Shown: piece by piece, positions 54,899 through 64,000 of the stretch
Layout of the letters: each line of letters begins with the position of its first letter
How positions within the stretch are numbered: the stretch's first letter is position 1
IMG/VR virus record: IMGVR_UViG_3300025653_000035
Location: 1,094-65,093 of that record
Direction: 5' to 3' (one strand)
DNA from: a virus
Taxonomy: Duplodnaviria; Caudoviricetes
Length of the DNA: 64,000 nt
Notes under the pieces: model-generated
Seen by the model: only the letters and a program-made list of their open reading frames with translations
What the model was told of the DNA's origin: nothing
Databases searched by the model: none
Made by a program: the position numbers and the translations under genes

Positions 54899-57800
54899 TC
54901 ACCTCATTGTCTGTCTAGTGATCTTGTAAGTAGTTGTTCCGCTTACACCAGTCTCTGGTGTTGCCTGTAAGAGGAGATTTCCACCGCTGATAGTGGCACT
55001 CATCGAAACGAGTAATCCACTCTTATGCATAATCGCATACTCTTGTGAATATGCTGTTGTTCCATCCTGCATCACAAGAACTTTCTGTGCTTGCATATTG
55101 CTACCGTTCTCAATATGAACGGTATATTCGGCAGTCTTGATATCATTGTTAGCAACTCCAGTGATTGTATCAATTGTTTGAGGAGTTCCTGCAGAAGCAG
55201 TCCAAGAACCATTTGTAACTACATCACCCAGGATAACAATCCTGCCTGACATATTCGTATGGGAAGTACACTGATAGTGAAGTAAATCTGGTGCGTCGTT
55301 TCTTACCTCCCAATACAGGTCAGCATTATTTCCTGCACCAGAAGATGCTGAACTTCCGTCACTAATTACAATGCCGTCAGTGTAGGCAGTTCCACCAGTA
55401 TTCTGGAACTCATACTGAATACGGAATGGGTGACTACCAGTTCTATTTTTGAACTTATAAGTCTGCCCTCTTGTTAGATAGATGGTTGGGTCTAATGCTC
55501 CAGCAGCAACACCAGGTCCAGTGAATGTATAATCACTAGTGCCATTAGCACCCAAAGTCCATTCAGCAGTTGTGGTTGTGATACCAGTCAGTCCAGAACC
55601 ATTACCAGAGAATGATGAAGCAGTTACATTTCCACCAACATTTAAGTTTCCAGTATCAGAATATAAAGTAGCAATTGCAGTTTTATTACCGAAACTAGTT
55701 TTCTTATAGAAAATAAAGTTTCCTCTTGATGCGTCAGAACTACCTGACGCAGCAAATTGCAAATCACCATTTGTTTGATTATCTAAGTTAATCTGTGCAT
55801 TTCCAGAATCACTTAAAGAACCACCAAACTGAAGTTTTTTATTTCCATAGTCTATTTCAAAACGATTAGAGGTAGTAACAATACCACTAACACTTAACTG
55901 ATTTGTAAATGTAGTTCCAGTGACTGTTACGCCAGCACCAATGGTTTCAAATCTTTTAGCAGTATTATATGGAGAAGAACCATCTTGATAATAAAGTTCT
56001 ACACCACCATCTGTTCCAACTCCGTCAGTCCCTTTCTCTTTGAATATTGCAAGTCTATGTCCAGATGTAAGTCTTGGTCCAACAATAAAATTACCCCAAC
56101 GATATAAATCGGTAGTAGTACTAGTTCCTCTAAAATGAACACCTGTGACACTATTATAAGTACCACTATAAATCATCCCATCAATAGCACTTGTTCCAAA
56201 TACAAGTGTATGATCATCTTTGAACGTTAATGATGCACCATCTTGATCAAAGAAGATTCCACTATCTGCAACAGTAGTATTGAAATGTACATCACCATTG
56301 AATGTAGAAACACCAGAAACATTTAGAGTATCAGCATTTATGATTGCAGTATTGATTCCAACAGTTACAATACCAACAGAGACTGGCGATACGGAAAGTC
56401 CAGTTCCAAAGTCAATAGTTCCAGCAGCACCAACTAGTGATTGACTATCTTGAATGATAACCGATGATCCTCCACCCCCACCACCAGAAATAAGAACGTT
56501 AGTAATACCAGTGATTCTACCGTTGGCATCAACAGTGATTTGTGGAACAGCAGTTCCATTACCATAAGTAGCAGCAGAAGCACCAGTCAAACCAGTGAGA
56601 GATGAACCATCACCACTCAATGCACCGATGACATTCAGAGAAGTGGCACTGATGATTCCAGTGTTGCCATAGAGAGTAATACCAGTTCCAACTGTAACCT
56701 CATTGTTGATACCGTCAATGGTTACAGAAGCAGGTCCAACAGTCAGGATACCAGTGACTCTTGCGTCACCTTCAACATATAACTTATATCCATCCTTTGC
56801 GGTAGTTCCAATACCAACATTCTTGGTGGTATTAATACCAACAGTGTCAGTTGCCCAAGTGCCGCCAGCACCTACTGATCCAACAGAATCGGTATCATTA
56901 ATCCACTTCGTTCCGTCATACTTAAGAACTTGTCCAGCAGAAAGAGTTGATAAAGTTACATCAGTTAAATCATTTAGAATAGTGGCACCTCCACCACTAC
57001 CTCCACCACCACCAAAACTAGTAGTATTGTAAGAGTGGAACTCAACAATGTCTCCACCAAATGCAGGAGATTCTAATACAACTGTTGATCCATTATTAGC
57101 AACATATTCACTTGAAGTTAACTTAATACCATTAATGAATACATCAATAAAGTTTATGTTATAAGCAAAGTTAAATGAAGTCTGTCCGTCAGTAGCAATA
57201 TTAGCTTGTGTTGTTCTCAGCGTTGGGAATGATGTCCAAGTAACACCAACACCAGTTGACTGAAGATATTGTCCATCAGTTCCTGTAGTTCCGCCAGCAC
57301 TTATCGTTCCACCAAATGTAGCACCAACAGATACGTTAATGCTTGGTACAGACAGAAGATTGTGATTAGCATCAAATGTCAAATCTCCGTCAGTAGCAGC
57401 ATCAACCATCGTGCCACTAGTGAGACTTGTAAGAACTAGTCTTTGAGTTCCAGTAGCAGCAGAAAGTGTTGCCCCAGTATTCAGAAGATTGCTGCCATCG
57501 CCATAGAATGCAGTAGCACTTATGATACCAGTAGAACCATACATTGTAATGGCAGCACCAACTGATGCGATACCAGCAACACTTAACTGATTTGTAAAGA
57601 GTGTTGATTCAACAGTGGTGATACCAACAAAGGTAGAAACACCAGAAACTCTTAATTGATCAAGTTCTGTGTGCCCATCAACATCAAGATCACCAGTTAC
57701 AGTTAAACTATCAAATGTCGGTGTATCCGACATCGTAATAGTTGCAATACCGTTAGGTTGTGGATCAGCAGTGGCAACAATATTATTTCCACGGAAGTCA

Positions 57801-60643
57801 AGAGTATGAATACTTCCAGCAGTACCAACAGTTGCTCCCTCTTCTAGAACATTGAAACCATTCAGAATGTTATTGACGGAGAAGATACCAGGAACAGTTA
57901 CCCATTCCCACTTTCCACCAGAAACCGATCTTAAAAGTTGACCATTTATACCATAATTGGATCCATCGGTACTAATACCACCAGAGATCTTGATATTCTC
58001 TGTATTTAAAGTATTATTTCCAGCATTAAAGGTCAGATCTGCATCAGTAGCAGCATTGACCATCGTGCCGCTAGTGAGTTGAGTTGTAACCAGTCTTTCA
58101 ACACCACTGGTTGCATTTAGGGTAGCACCTGTATTGGTCAGATTAGATCCATCACCGTAGAAGGAGATTGCACTAACAATACCAGCGTTACCGTAGATAC
58201 TAACTGCAGCACCAACACGAAGATCATTATAGATCGTGACACCATAACCAGTTGTTTCAAGTCTGGTAATGCCATTATGATTTAAATATACCTTACCATT
58301 TCTCTCAAATCCAGCATAAGTTTGAGAACTATCATCATCACCAAGATAAATGTTATTACCTTCAATAAAGAAAGCACCTACTCCAACCTTATTCAGGTTT
58401 AAGGAACTATCACCATTCTGTATAATCTCAAGATACTGACCAGAAGCAATAGAGTTAGTTACCTTGAATGATGAATTCTTAACTTCGGTTGTTCCATTAA
58501 ATGTAGATACACCAGAAACATTCAGAGTGTTTAATTCAGTGTGCTCACCAACATCAATGTTTGGTGTATTGACAGTATCATCAGTGAACTGAATCTCACT
58601 GACTGCTAAACGAACACCATTAGGAACTAATGTTGAACCAATACCAACAGCATAGTTGAACAACCAAGCATCAGTTGTTCCAAATCCATATGAGTCACTC
58701 TTGACCCACATAATCTGCTTATAGGTGTCAGGAATATCCTCATTAACACCAGCAAGGAAGAAAGGAACTAATGGATTTCCTTCAGTAGAAGCAATTGCAA
58801 TACCACCGTGATTTGCAGTGATATCGGTTGATATATCATTACCATTAGAGTCTGTAGTAACTCCAAGAATAATGTCCTTATCAAAGATCTGTAAGTCTTG
58901 TGCTTGGAGAACAGTTGTTGTTCCACCAATACTTAAGTTACCTGCAACATAAAGATCGTTGTGGAATGTTGCAGTAGTATCATAGACATCAAAGTCTGTC
59001 TGAACATCCAGTGAATTGATTGTAGCGATCCCACTGACATTCAGATTATCAAGTTCAGTATATCCAACTACATTTAACGTATTACCATCAAAGGTAAGAT
59101 TTGGACTATCCTCAAGTTCTCCACCTACACCAGCAAGAACAATTCTATCGTTCGTTAAATCTTCAACCTTTGCACTGGCAGCATCAATGCCACCATTGGC
59201 ATCAAGAAGACCTGCTGTTGTTGTAACACCAGAAACAATTAACTGACCAGTTGTTGTGGTTTCAGAAACATTTGCATCACCAACAACGGCAAGTTTTGCA
59301 GTTGGATTTGTTGAACCGATACCAACATTAAAGTTCTCATCACCAACTAACCAATACTTACTTGGGTTAGCATCAGTTCTAATACCAACAGCAAATTGAT
59401 AAGACTTATTTGGATTCGGTAAGTCAAAATATCTATTACCAGAAGCATTACCACTACCAATCAGAACCTGATAAGAACCTCCTATTGTTGCTCCATTAAC
59501 AGAACCTAAGTGGACATTATAATTTTGGTTTGTGGTAGATCCAGAGAATCCATTTGCTGCCCATGATCCTAAAGCAAGGTTGTAATCTCCCCCTTCATTA
59601 TAATATCCAGTATATTGACCACCATAAAAATTATTATTTCCAGTTGTATTGCGATATCCTACAGCATTACCAATAAAATCATTATAATAACCAGTTGTAT
59701 TATAAGAACCAGCATCATATCCAATAAAATTATTAAAATATCCACCAAGATTGCTTCCACCTGCTTGATATCCAATGAAGTTATTTCCATTTCCTTCATT
59801 TACGTTACCAGCGAGCCTACCAATAATAACATTTTCTACACATCCTTGTCCTAATGTTTCTCCAGCAAGATTACCAATTACAACATTATATGCTGGCATA
59901 TTGCCAGAAGAATGTAATGAATATACGTCATTACCTATAAAAATATTATTTTTATATCCTGGATTGTTAAAAAGGAAACCACCATCAGTATAACCATAAG
60001 ATGTCCAAGTATTACCAATTGAAACATCGCCATAATAAATTGCTGCTCCTGGAGTTATTTTTCCAAAACTAATAGTTCCTGTAATATCTAATGATGTTAA
60101 TGGATTTGTGGTTCCTATTCCAACCCTACCATTAGCAGCAACTACAAAAGGAGTTGTATCAGGATTAGAAGAATCTTCAACTAGTAAAGCATTACCAGAA
60201 CCAGTTTGAGTGATTCTTAGTGCGTCATTGGAACTATTAACTGATATTGTAGAAACACCAGCAACACTTAACTGATTAGTAAAGAGTGTTGACTCAACGG
60301 TAGTGATACCAACAAAAGTAGATACTCCTGTTGCTTTTAAATTTCTTGTTACAATATCTTCACCAATTGTCGCACCACCAGTGACTGTAACGCTACCTGC
60401 ATAAAGATCCTGATCAATATAAACATCATTCTGGAATGATCCGATACCAACCGCTGTGAGTCCACCACCAACGATTGTATCACCTGTAATATTTGTAGAA
60501 CCAACAACAAATAAAGAATGTTGTTGGGCGTCCGTAGTTCCAATACCAACTTTTCCAGTTGTTTGAAGAACTGTTTTATTTTCGGTATATCCAGTAATAC
60601 CGACAAGTAGTTGTCTTAATCTGCCGCTGAGGAACTTGGACAT
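54899..60643 (-). CDS. Very long tail fibre protein (1914 aa) with N.FIG..AG repeats and C-terminal cupredoxin-like domain
   Basis: GIGTT repeats, VSGVST repeats, NNFIGYQAG repeats, HPF...YQCTSHTNMSG. Confidence 0.7.
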   Translation of the reverse strand: MSKFLSGRLRQLLVGITGYTENKTVLQTTGKVGIGTTDAQQHSLFVVGSTNITGDTIVGGGLTAVGIGSFQNDVYIDQDLYAGSVTVTGGATIGEDIVTRNLKATGVSTFVGITTVESTLFTNQLSVAGVSTISVNSSNDALRITQTGSGNALLVEDSSNPDTTPFVVAANGRVGIGTTNPLTSLDITGTISFGKITPGAAIYYGDVSIGNTWTSYGYTDGGFLFNNPGYKNNIFIGNDVYSLHSSGNMPAYNVVIGNLAGETLGQGCVENVIIGRLAGNVNEGNGNNFIGYQAGGSNLGGYFNNFIGYDAGSYNTTGYYNDFIGNAVGYRNTTGNNNFYGGQYTGYYNEGGDYNLALGSWAANGFSGSTTNQNYNVHLGSVNGATIGGSYQVLIGSGNASGNRYFDLPNPNKSYQFAVGIRTDANPSKYWLVGDENFNVGIGSTNPTAKLAVVGDANVSETTTTGQLIVSGVTTTAGLLDANGGIDAASAKVEDLTNDRIVLAGVGGELEDSPNLTFDGNTLNVVGYTELDNLNVSGIATINSLDVQTDFDVYDTTATFHNDLYVAGNLSIGGTTTVLQAQDLQIFDKDIILGVTTDSNGNDISTDITANHGGIAIASTEGNPLVPFFLAGVNEDIPDTYKQIMWVKSDSYGFGTTDAWLFNYAVGIGSTLVPNGVRLAVSEIQFTDDTVNTPNIDVGEHTELNTLNVSGVSTFNGTTEVKNSSFKVTNSIASGQYLEIIQNGDSSLNLNKVGVGAFFIEGNNIYLGDDDSSQTYAGFERNGKVYLNHNGITRLETTGYGVTIYNDLRVGAAVSIYGNAGIVSAISFYGDGSNLTNTGATLNATSGVERLVTTQLTSGTMVNAATDADLTFNAGNNTLNTENIKISGGISTDGSNYGINGQLLRSVSGGKWEWVTVPGIFSVNNILNGFNVLEEGATVGTAGSIHTLDFRGNNIVATADPQPNGIATITMSDTPTFDSLTVTGDLDVDGHTELDQLRVSGVSTFVGITTVESTLFTNQLSVAGIASVGAAITMYGSTGIISATAFYGDGSNLLNTGATLSAATGTQRLVLTSLTSGTMVDAATDGDLTFDANHNLLSVPSINVSVGATFGGTISAGGTTGTDGQYLQSTGVGVTWTSFPTLRTTQANIATDGQTSFNFAYNINFIDVFINGIKLTSSEYVANNGSTVVLESPAFGGDIVEFHSYNTTSFGGGGGSGGGATILNDLTDVTLSTLSAGQVLKYDGTKWINDTDSVGSVGAGGTWATDTVGINTTKNVGIGTTAKDGYKLYVEGDARVTGILTVGPASVTIDGINNEVTVGTGITLYGNTGIISATSLNVIGALSGDGSSLTGLTGASAATYGNGTAVPQITVDANGRITGITNVLISGGGGGGSSVIIQDSQSLVGAAGTIDFGTGLSVSPVSVGIVTVGINTAIINADTLNVSGVSTFNGDVHFNTTVADSGIFFDQDGASLTFKDDHTLVFGTSAIDGMIYSGTYNSVTGVHFRGTSTTTDLYRWGNFIVGPRLTSGHRLAIFKEKGTDGVGTDGGVELYYQDGSSPYNTAKRFETIGAGVTVTGTTFTNQLSVSGIVTTSNRFEIDYGNKKLQFGGSLSDSGNAQINLDNQTNGDLQFAASGSSDASRGNFIFYKKTSFGNKTAIATLYSDTGNLNVGGNVTASSFSGNGSGLTGITTTTAEWTLGANGTSDYTFTGPGVAAGALDPTIYLTRGQTYKFKNRTGSHPFRIQYEFQNTGGTAYTDGIVISDGSSASSGAGNNADLYWEVRNDAPDLLHYQCTSHTNMSGRIVILGDVVTNGSWTASAGTPQTIDTITGVANNDIKTAEYTVHIENGSNMQAQKVLVMQDGTTAYSQEYAIMHKSGLLVSMSATISGGNLLLQATPETGVSGTTTYKITRQTMR

Positions 60644-60651
60644 TTCTTATA

Positions 60652-60981
60652 TTAGTTTAATGTTTCTAAAATACTTACGGTCACTTTAACATTAGAAGCA
60701 TTGCTTGCTGACAATTCGATAGAATCACCAGATTCAAGAACCAATCTTCCAGTCACTAAACTCAAAGCATCATTACCAGGAATAGGAGACTCTTTAGCGA
60801 GTTCAGTTGTTGTGCTACCTCTTTTGTGAGAGAAGGTAACATCGTGTGCTGCTGAATCAATATTTGTTGCCTGTGCCATCAGAACAACACCAGTGTATCC
60901 AGTAGGAGCGGTGTAAATTCCAACTGGACTTAATGGAGCAATATGATTAACTGTTTTAAATACGTTTAATGGTAAAGCCAC
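60652..60981 (-). CDS. Small virion structural protein, paralog of 51160..51486
   Basis: NVFKTV; LVLESGDSI; VTVSILETLN. Confidence 0.6.
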   Translation of the reverse strand: MALPLNVFKTVNHIAPLSPVGIYTAPTGYTGVVLMAQATNIDSAAHDVTFSHKRGSTTTELAKESPIPGNDALSLVTGRLVLESGDSIELSASNASNVKVTVSILETLN

Positions 60982-60984
60982 TTT

Positions 60985-62865
60985 TTATTCTCCTCCTAAT
61001 GCTAGAATTAATGGTGTGACATTTGCAAATAAACTCTTGGAATAGAAATTACCAGAGATAGTTCCAGTAATCTGATCAATCACAACACCCTCACCGATTC
61101 TAAAGTTACCTCCTTGATCTGTGCTGGTGTAGATAACTAGTCCCCCATTTCGATTGTCAACTTCATTCTCTTGAATTGCAACTCCACCACGAGAAGGTAA
61201 TGAAGCAACAGGATCAGTTCCTGAACCAATGTATTCAAATGAATGTGAAGAAGCAAGAACTCTACTTTGTTTGTAGAATGGAACTGTAGTTCCTACACCA
61301 ACAGAATATGGAAGATTTTCATTGACAGTAACAGTACAAATTCCAGATGAGATTGGAGTTGAACTCTTAATTGTATAATATGACGGAGTTAATTCTATCG
61401 TAGCTGTTGCTATATTTATTCCAACGTCAGGAGCAGAAAATGTAATTGTTGGAGTTGTTGTATACCCTCTTCCACTCGAAAGAATTTCAATCTCAGTTAC
61501 GCTTCCATTTACAATAGTTGGAATAGCAGTTGCCGTAATACCCCAAGTTCCAGAAGTACTTGGATCACTAATGGTGATAGTTGGTGTTGAATTATATCCA
61601 CTACCAGGATTAGTTATTGTTATTTTTCCTACAGTATAATATAAGTCTTCAAAATATATTACTTGCCCGTCATATGGTCTTACAACATTGATTGCTACTG
61701 TACCACCAGTATCATAAGTATGTTCAATAGTAGAGATTCCAACATAAGCATCAAACTCAGTTGCTGAGTTAACGCTGTTTACTGTAAATACATATCCATT
61801 AGTTCCATCAGGGAAGATAGTTGTGGTAACACCAGCGTGAGGTGCTGCACAAGTAAATTCAATTCCAGCAAGAGTTACTCCCATACCAACCGCAAGATTG
61901 TGATTGGAACTTGTTGTAATTGTGACGATTCCTGTTGATGCAGTATATTCTGCATTAGAAATATTGACTGTTGGTGTACTTACATCAACTGTAAATGTAT
62001 CTGCATTTTCTACCGATTCTATATTGATTGATCCATTAAACTGAAGTGGACCAACACCATCAGCAACTAATCCATAGTTACCAAATGATGAGTTGGAGTT
62101 TGTAATATCACATTGCCCACCAGAACCACAGAAAACACCTTCTGCACTATTGATCGTAAACATTGAAACGATCTGGGCATATCCTTCGTTCGTAATAGAA
62201 CACCCACAACCACTTTGATTATATTGTGTATAAGAGTCAGTAACAAAACTCTTAAAGGGACCGAGAGCGTGATTGCCATCAATCTTCATACCGATACTGT
62301 TCGTAACAAAGTTAGTGCAGTTACGAAGGTATGGTGATTGTCCAGAATATCTAATCGTATCAGGATCAAAAGCAAAAATTGCTTTACCTACATCCATCGT
62401 TCCAGTGAACGACATCTCAGTAAAATAATCTCCTGGTGCTACGTGAAAGAGATCACTTGAAGAATTTTGAGGAACAATAGTGACTTCTCTTAAACTATCA
62501 CCAATAACACTAATCTGTGGACCACACTTGATTGGGTTATTTTCTAGATAAGTTCCAGCACTAACTTTAACAACAGATCCTGGGATTGTTGAGGCGATTG
62601 CGACTGCTGCTTCAATGGTTGCTTTGGCGTCGCCAAGTTTCTTACCCGTGTTGGTGTCTTTTCCGTCTTTTGTGACATATAAAATATTTGTAACGCTTGC
62701 ACCCGAACCGACTCTAACAACATCCGTTGAAAACCCTGCCCTTGCTCTTAAGGTATAGAGTTCAGCATCATGTGTATTAAGAGCTAATTCTCCTAATTGT
62801 AGATCTGATACCTGTGGTGTTTTATTAGGTACAGCAGATCGTTTAATCCTAAACGGTGTCGCCAT
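60985..62865 (-). CDS. Virion structural protein with beta-helix-like and ITNPGSGY repeats
   Basis: RIKRSAVP..LQLGELALN; LYVTKDGKDTNTG; ITNPGSGYNSTPTITI. Confidence 0.6.
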   Translation of the reverse strand: MATPFRIKRSAVPNKTPQVSDLQLGELALNTHDAELYTLRARAGFSTDVVRVGSGASVTNILYVTKDGKDTNTGKKLGDAKATIEAAVAIASTIPGSVVKVSAGTYLENNPIKCGPQISVIGDSLREVTIVPQNSSSDLFHVAPGDYFTEMSFTGTMDVGKAIFAFDPDTIRYSGQSPYLRNCTNFVTNSIGMKIDGNHALGPFKSFVTDSYTQYNQSGCGCSITNEGYAQIVSMFTINSAEGVFCGSGGQCDITNSNSSFGNYGLVADGVGPLQFNGSINIESVENADTFTVDVSTPTVNISNAEYTASTGIVTITTSSNHNLAVGMGVTLAGIEFTCAAPHAGVTTTIFPDGTNGYVFTVNSVNSATEFDAYVGISTIEHTYDTGGTVAINVVRPYDGQVIYFEDLYYTVGKITITNPGSGYNSTPTITISDPSTSGTWGITATAIPTIVNGSVTEIEILSSGRGYTTTPTITFSAPDVGINIATATIELTPSYYTIKSSTPISSGICTVTVNENLPYSVGVGTTVPFYKQSRVLASSHSFEYIGSGTDPVASLPSRGGVAIQENEVDNRNGGLVIYTSTDQGGNFRIGEGVVIDQITGTISGNFYSKSLFANVTPLILALGGE

Positions 62866-62920
62866 CTATTCGCATTCGGTATTTACCAAAGTCAGCAGTA
62901 TATACTGCTGATTTATTTAT

Positions 62921-63292
62921 TCAACTCGCATTATTCCTTCTAGGACGATAAGCAAACAAGTTGGCAGGTTTTTCAGGTTTCATCCAGTCCTTGATTTTCT
63001 CATAACGCTGGATACTAAAAAACTCCTGAGAAAGATACCAATCTTCCCAAGGAGTATGACCTTTATCTTGATTGCAGGAGTGGCAAGCACACAGACAATT
63101 CTTAGTGAAATCTGTGCCTCCCTTTGCTCTTGGTACAATGTGGTCTATTGTGAGTTCTTTATCAGACCCACAATAGGCACACTTTAAATCCCATTCTTCC
63201 TTTATCTTTTGCCTCCATAACCTTTTTGCTTCGGCGGAACTAGTTGTTTGGAGGTTGAAGACATAGGCTTGTGGGGAATTGTAGAGAGGCAT
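62921..63292 (-). CDS. HNH endonuclease
   Basis: CAYCG; TIDHIVPRAKGG; CACHSCNQDKG. Confidence 0.88.
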   Translation of the reverse strand: MPLYNSPQAYVFNLQTTSSAEAKRLWRQKIKEEWDLKCAYCGSDKELTIDHIVPRAKGGTDFTKNCLCACHSCNQDKGHTPWEDWYLSQEFFSIQRYEKIKDWMKPEKPANLFAYRPRRNNAS

Positions 63293-63315
63293 AAAAATTT
63301 GCGTCCTAGAAATAT

Positions 63316-63456
63316 TTATTCCTCGTGCTTTCTCTTACACGCTGCTCTACAATATGCTCTGGATAAACTATCAATATATGAGCAAGGTCTACCTTTTTCA
63401 CCACAGTGAGGACACTTGGCATCAGGTGGATCATTCGGATACTGATACTTTTTCAT
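63316..63456 (-). CDS. Cys-rich 46-aa peptide (absent from track)
   Basis: MKKYQYPNDPPDAKCPHCGEKGRPCSYIDSLSRAYCRAACKRKHEE; fills the gap between the 105-aa ORF and HNH. Confidence 0.55.
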   Translation of the reverse strand: MKKYQYPNDPPDAKCPHCGEKGRPCSYIDSLSRAYCRAACKRKHEE

Positions 63457-63748
63457 ATGGGTGTGCCTGTTTCAGATCAGGATTTGGTTGAGATTTAGTC
63501 AGATCTCTACGACTTTGATTCTTGATTACAATGAATGCATCTTTATTGATCTTACGAGTGCCAATAGGTGATTGCCATTTTGCATTGTAGTTTTCACCAA
63601 CATCAATACCAGAGACTTGAGTTCCTGCCATTTCAACAGAAATCTCATCACCTTCTTCCCATCCATATTTTTCTATCAAAGCAGCAACTTGTTCCATTAC
63701 AGTTGGTTGAGACATAATACGTTCTTCTGGTTCAAGATTCCCAAGCAT
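63431..63748 (-). CDS. Conserved cyanophage hypothetical protein
   Basis: YGWEEGDEISVEMAG; WQSPIGTRK; AFIVIKN. Confidence 0.65.
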   Translation of the reverse strand: MLGNLEPEERIMSQPTVMEQVAALIEKYGWEEGDEISVEMAGTQVSGIDVGENYNAKWQSPIGTRKINKDAFIVIKNQSRRDLTKSQPNPDLKQAHPYEKVSVSE

Positions 63749-63801
63749 AAAAAAGAGGGTGTTAACCCTCTTATTATATCAAAATTTTATTCGTCAGTCA
63801 A
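63749..63801 (-). promoter_or_regulatory. Sigma70 promoter TTGACT-N17-TATAAT followed immediately by a terminator-like hairpin
   Basis: Hexamers 63801-63796 and 63778-63773; AAGAGGG-TTAACA-CCCTCTT-TTT just before ATG, probably the psbD terminator. Confidence 0.7.
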
Positions 63802-63865
63802 TTAGAAGGTGGTCTTATTAAAGGTTTAACCGTTTTCTTTTAATAAGAGAAATCCTTATTAAAGG

Positions 63866-64000
63866 TTAGAGTGCGTTGCCCCTCGGAAGAACTTCCTCTG
63901 GAAATACAAACTGCTCATGGGGCTGGTCTACTGGAGCCATCCAGGCACGGAGTCCTTCATTGAGGAGGATGTTTTTCGTATAGAAAGTTTCAAACTCTGG
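63866..64000 (-). CDS. psbD: Photosystem II D2 protein, 3' end (truncated by window edge)
   Basis: [44 protein letters not shown]. Confidence 0.97.
   Translation of the reverse strand, partial: PEFETFYTKNILLNEGLRAWMAPVDQPHEQFVFPEEVLPRGNAL

Noticed and set aside
63814-63867. Pho box downstream of psbD
   Set aside because: TTAAACCT-like text is present but not as the tandem 11-bp-period repeats expected of cyanobacterial Pho boxes
63866-64000. psbA assignment
   Set aside because: C-terminus [11 protein letters not shown] is D2; D1 ends with HNFPLDLA
1-64000. tRNA genes, group I introns, inteins, programmed frameshifts in chaperone genes
   Set aside because: No cloverleaf, interrupted conserved gene or slippery-site frame overlap was recognised by eye; tRNAscan-SE and Infernal would be needed to exclude them fully

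Overview
64-kb segment of a T4-like marine cyanomyovirus (Synechococcus/Prochlorococcus-type myophage), almost entirely on the minus strand. Left to right: baseplate/tail/head-completion genes (two coiled-coil hub-region proteins, one carrying lysozyme and M23 domains; gp51, gp26, tail-tube-like, gp4, gp2-like, gp48, gp53); a replication/metabolism block (Mom-like GNAT, gp32, DUF1825, gp59, GH73 muramidase, gp33, exonuclease, phoH, thyX, glutaredoxin, small conserved ORFs); a ~46-kb array of tail-fibre/adhesin/virion genes and small chaperones punctuated by TAAATA late promoters, with an early-promoter island of three 2OG-Fe(II) oxygenases, an S8 protease and a 1914-aa fibre; then an HNH endonuclease and the 3' end of psbD. 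The most striking element is a glutamine (glnA-type) riboswitch-like RNA at 14900-15124. It folds into a complete aptamer only through long-range pairing that encloses a 53-codon ORF, and it sits upstream of a YRG-motif (DUF4278-like) peptide gene. No tRNA, CRISPR array or reverse transcriptase was seen. Family assignments come from motif recognition by eye, not from database searches.
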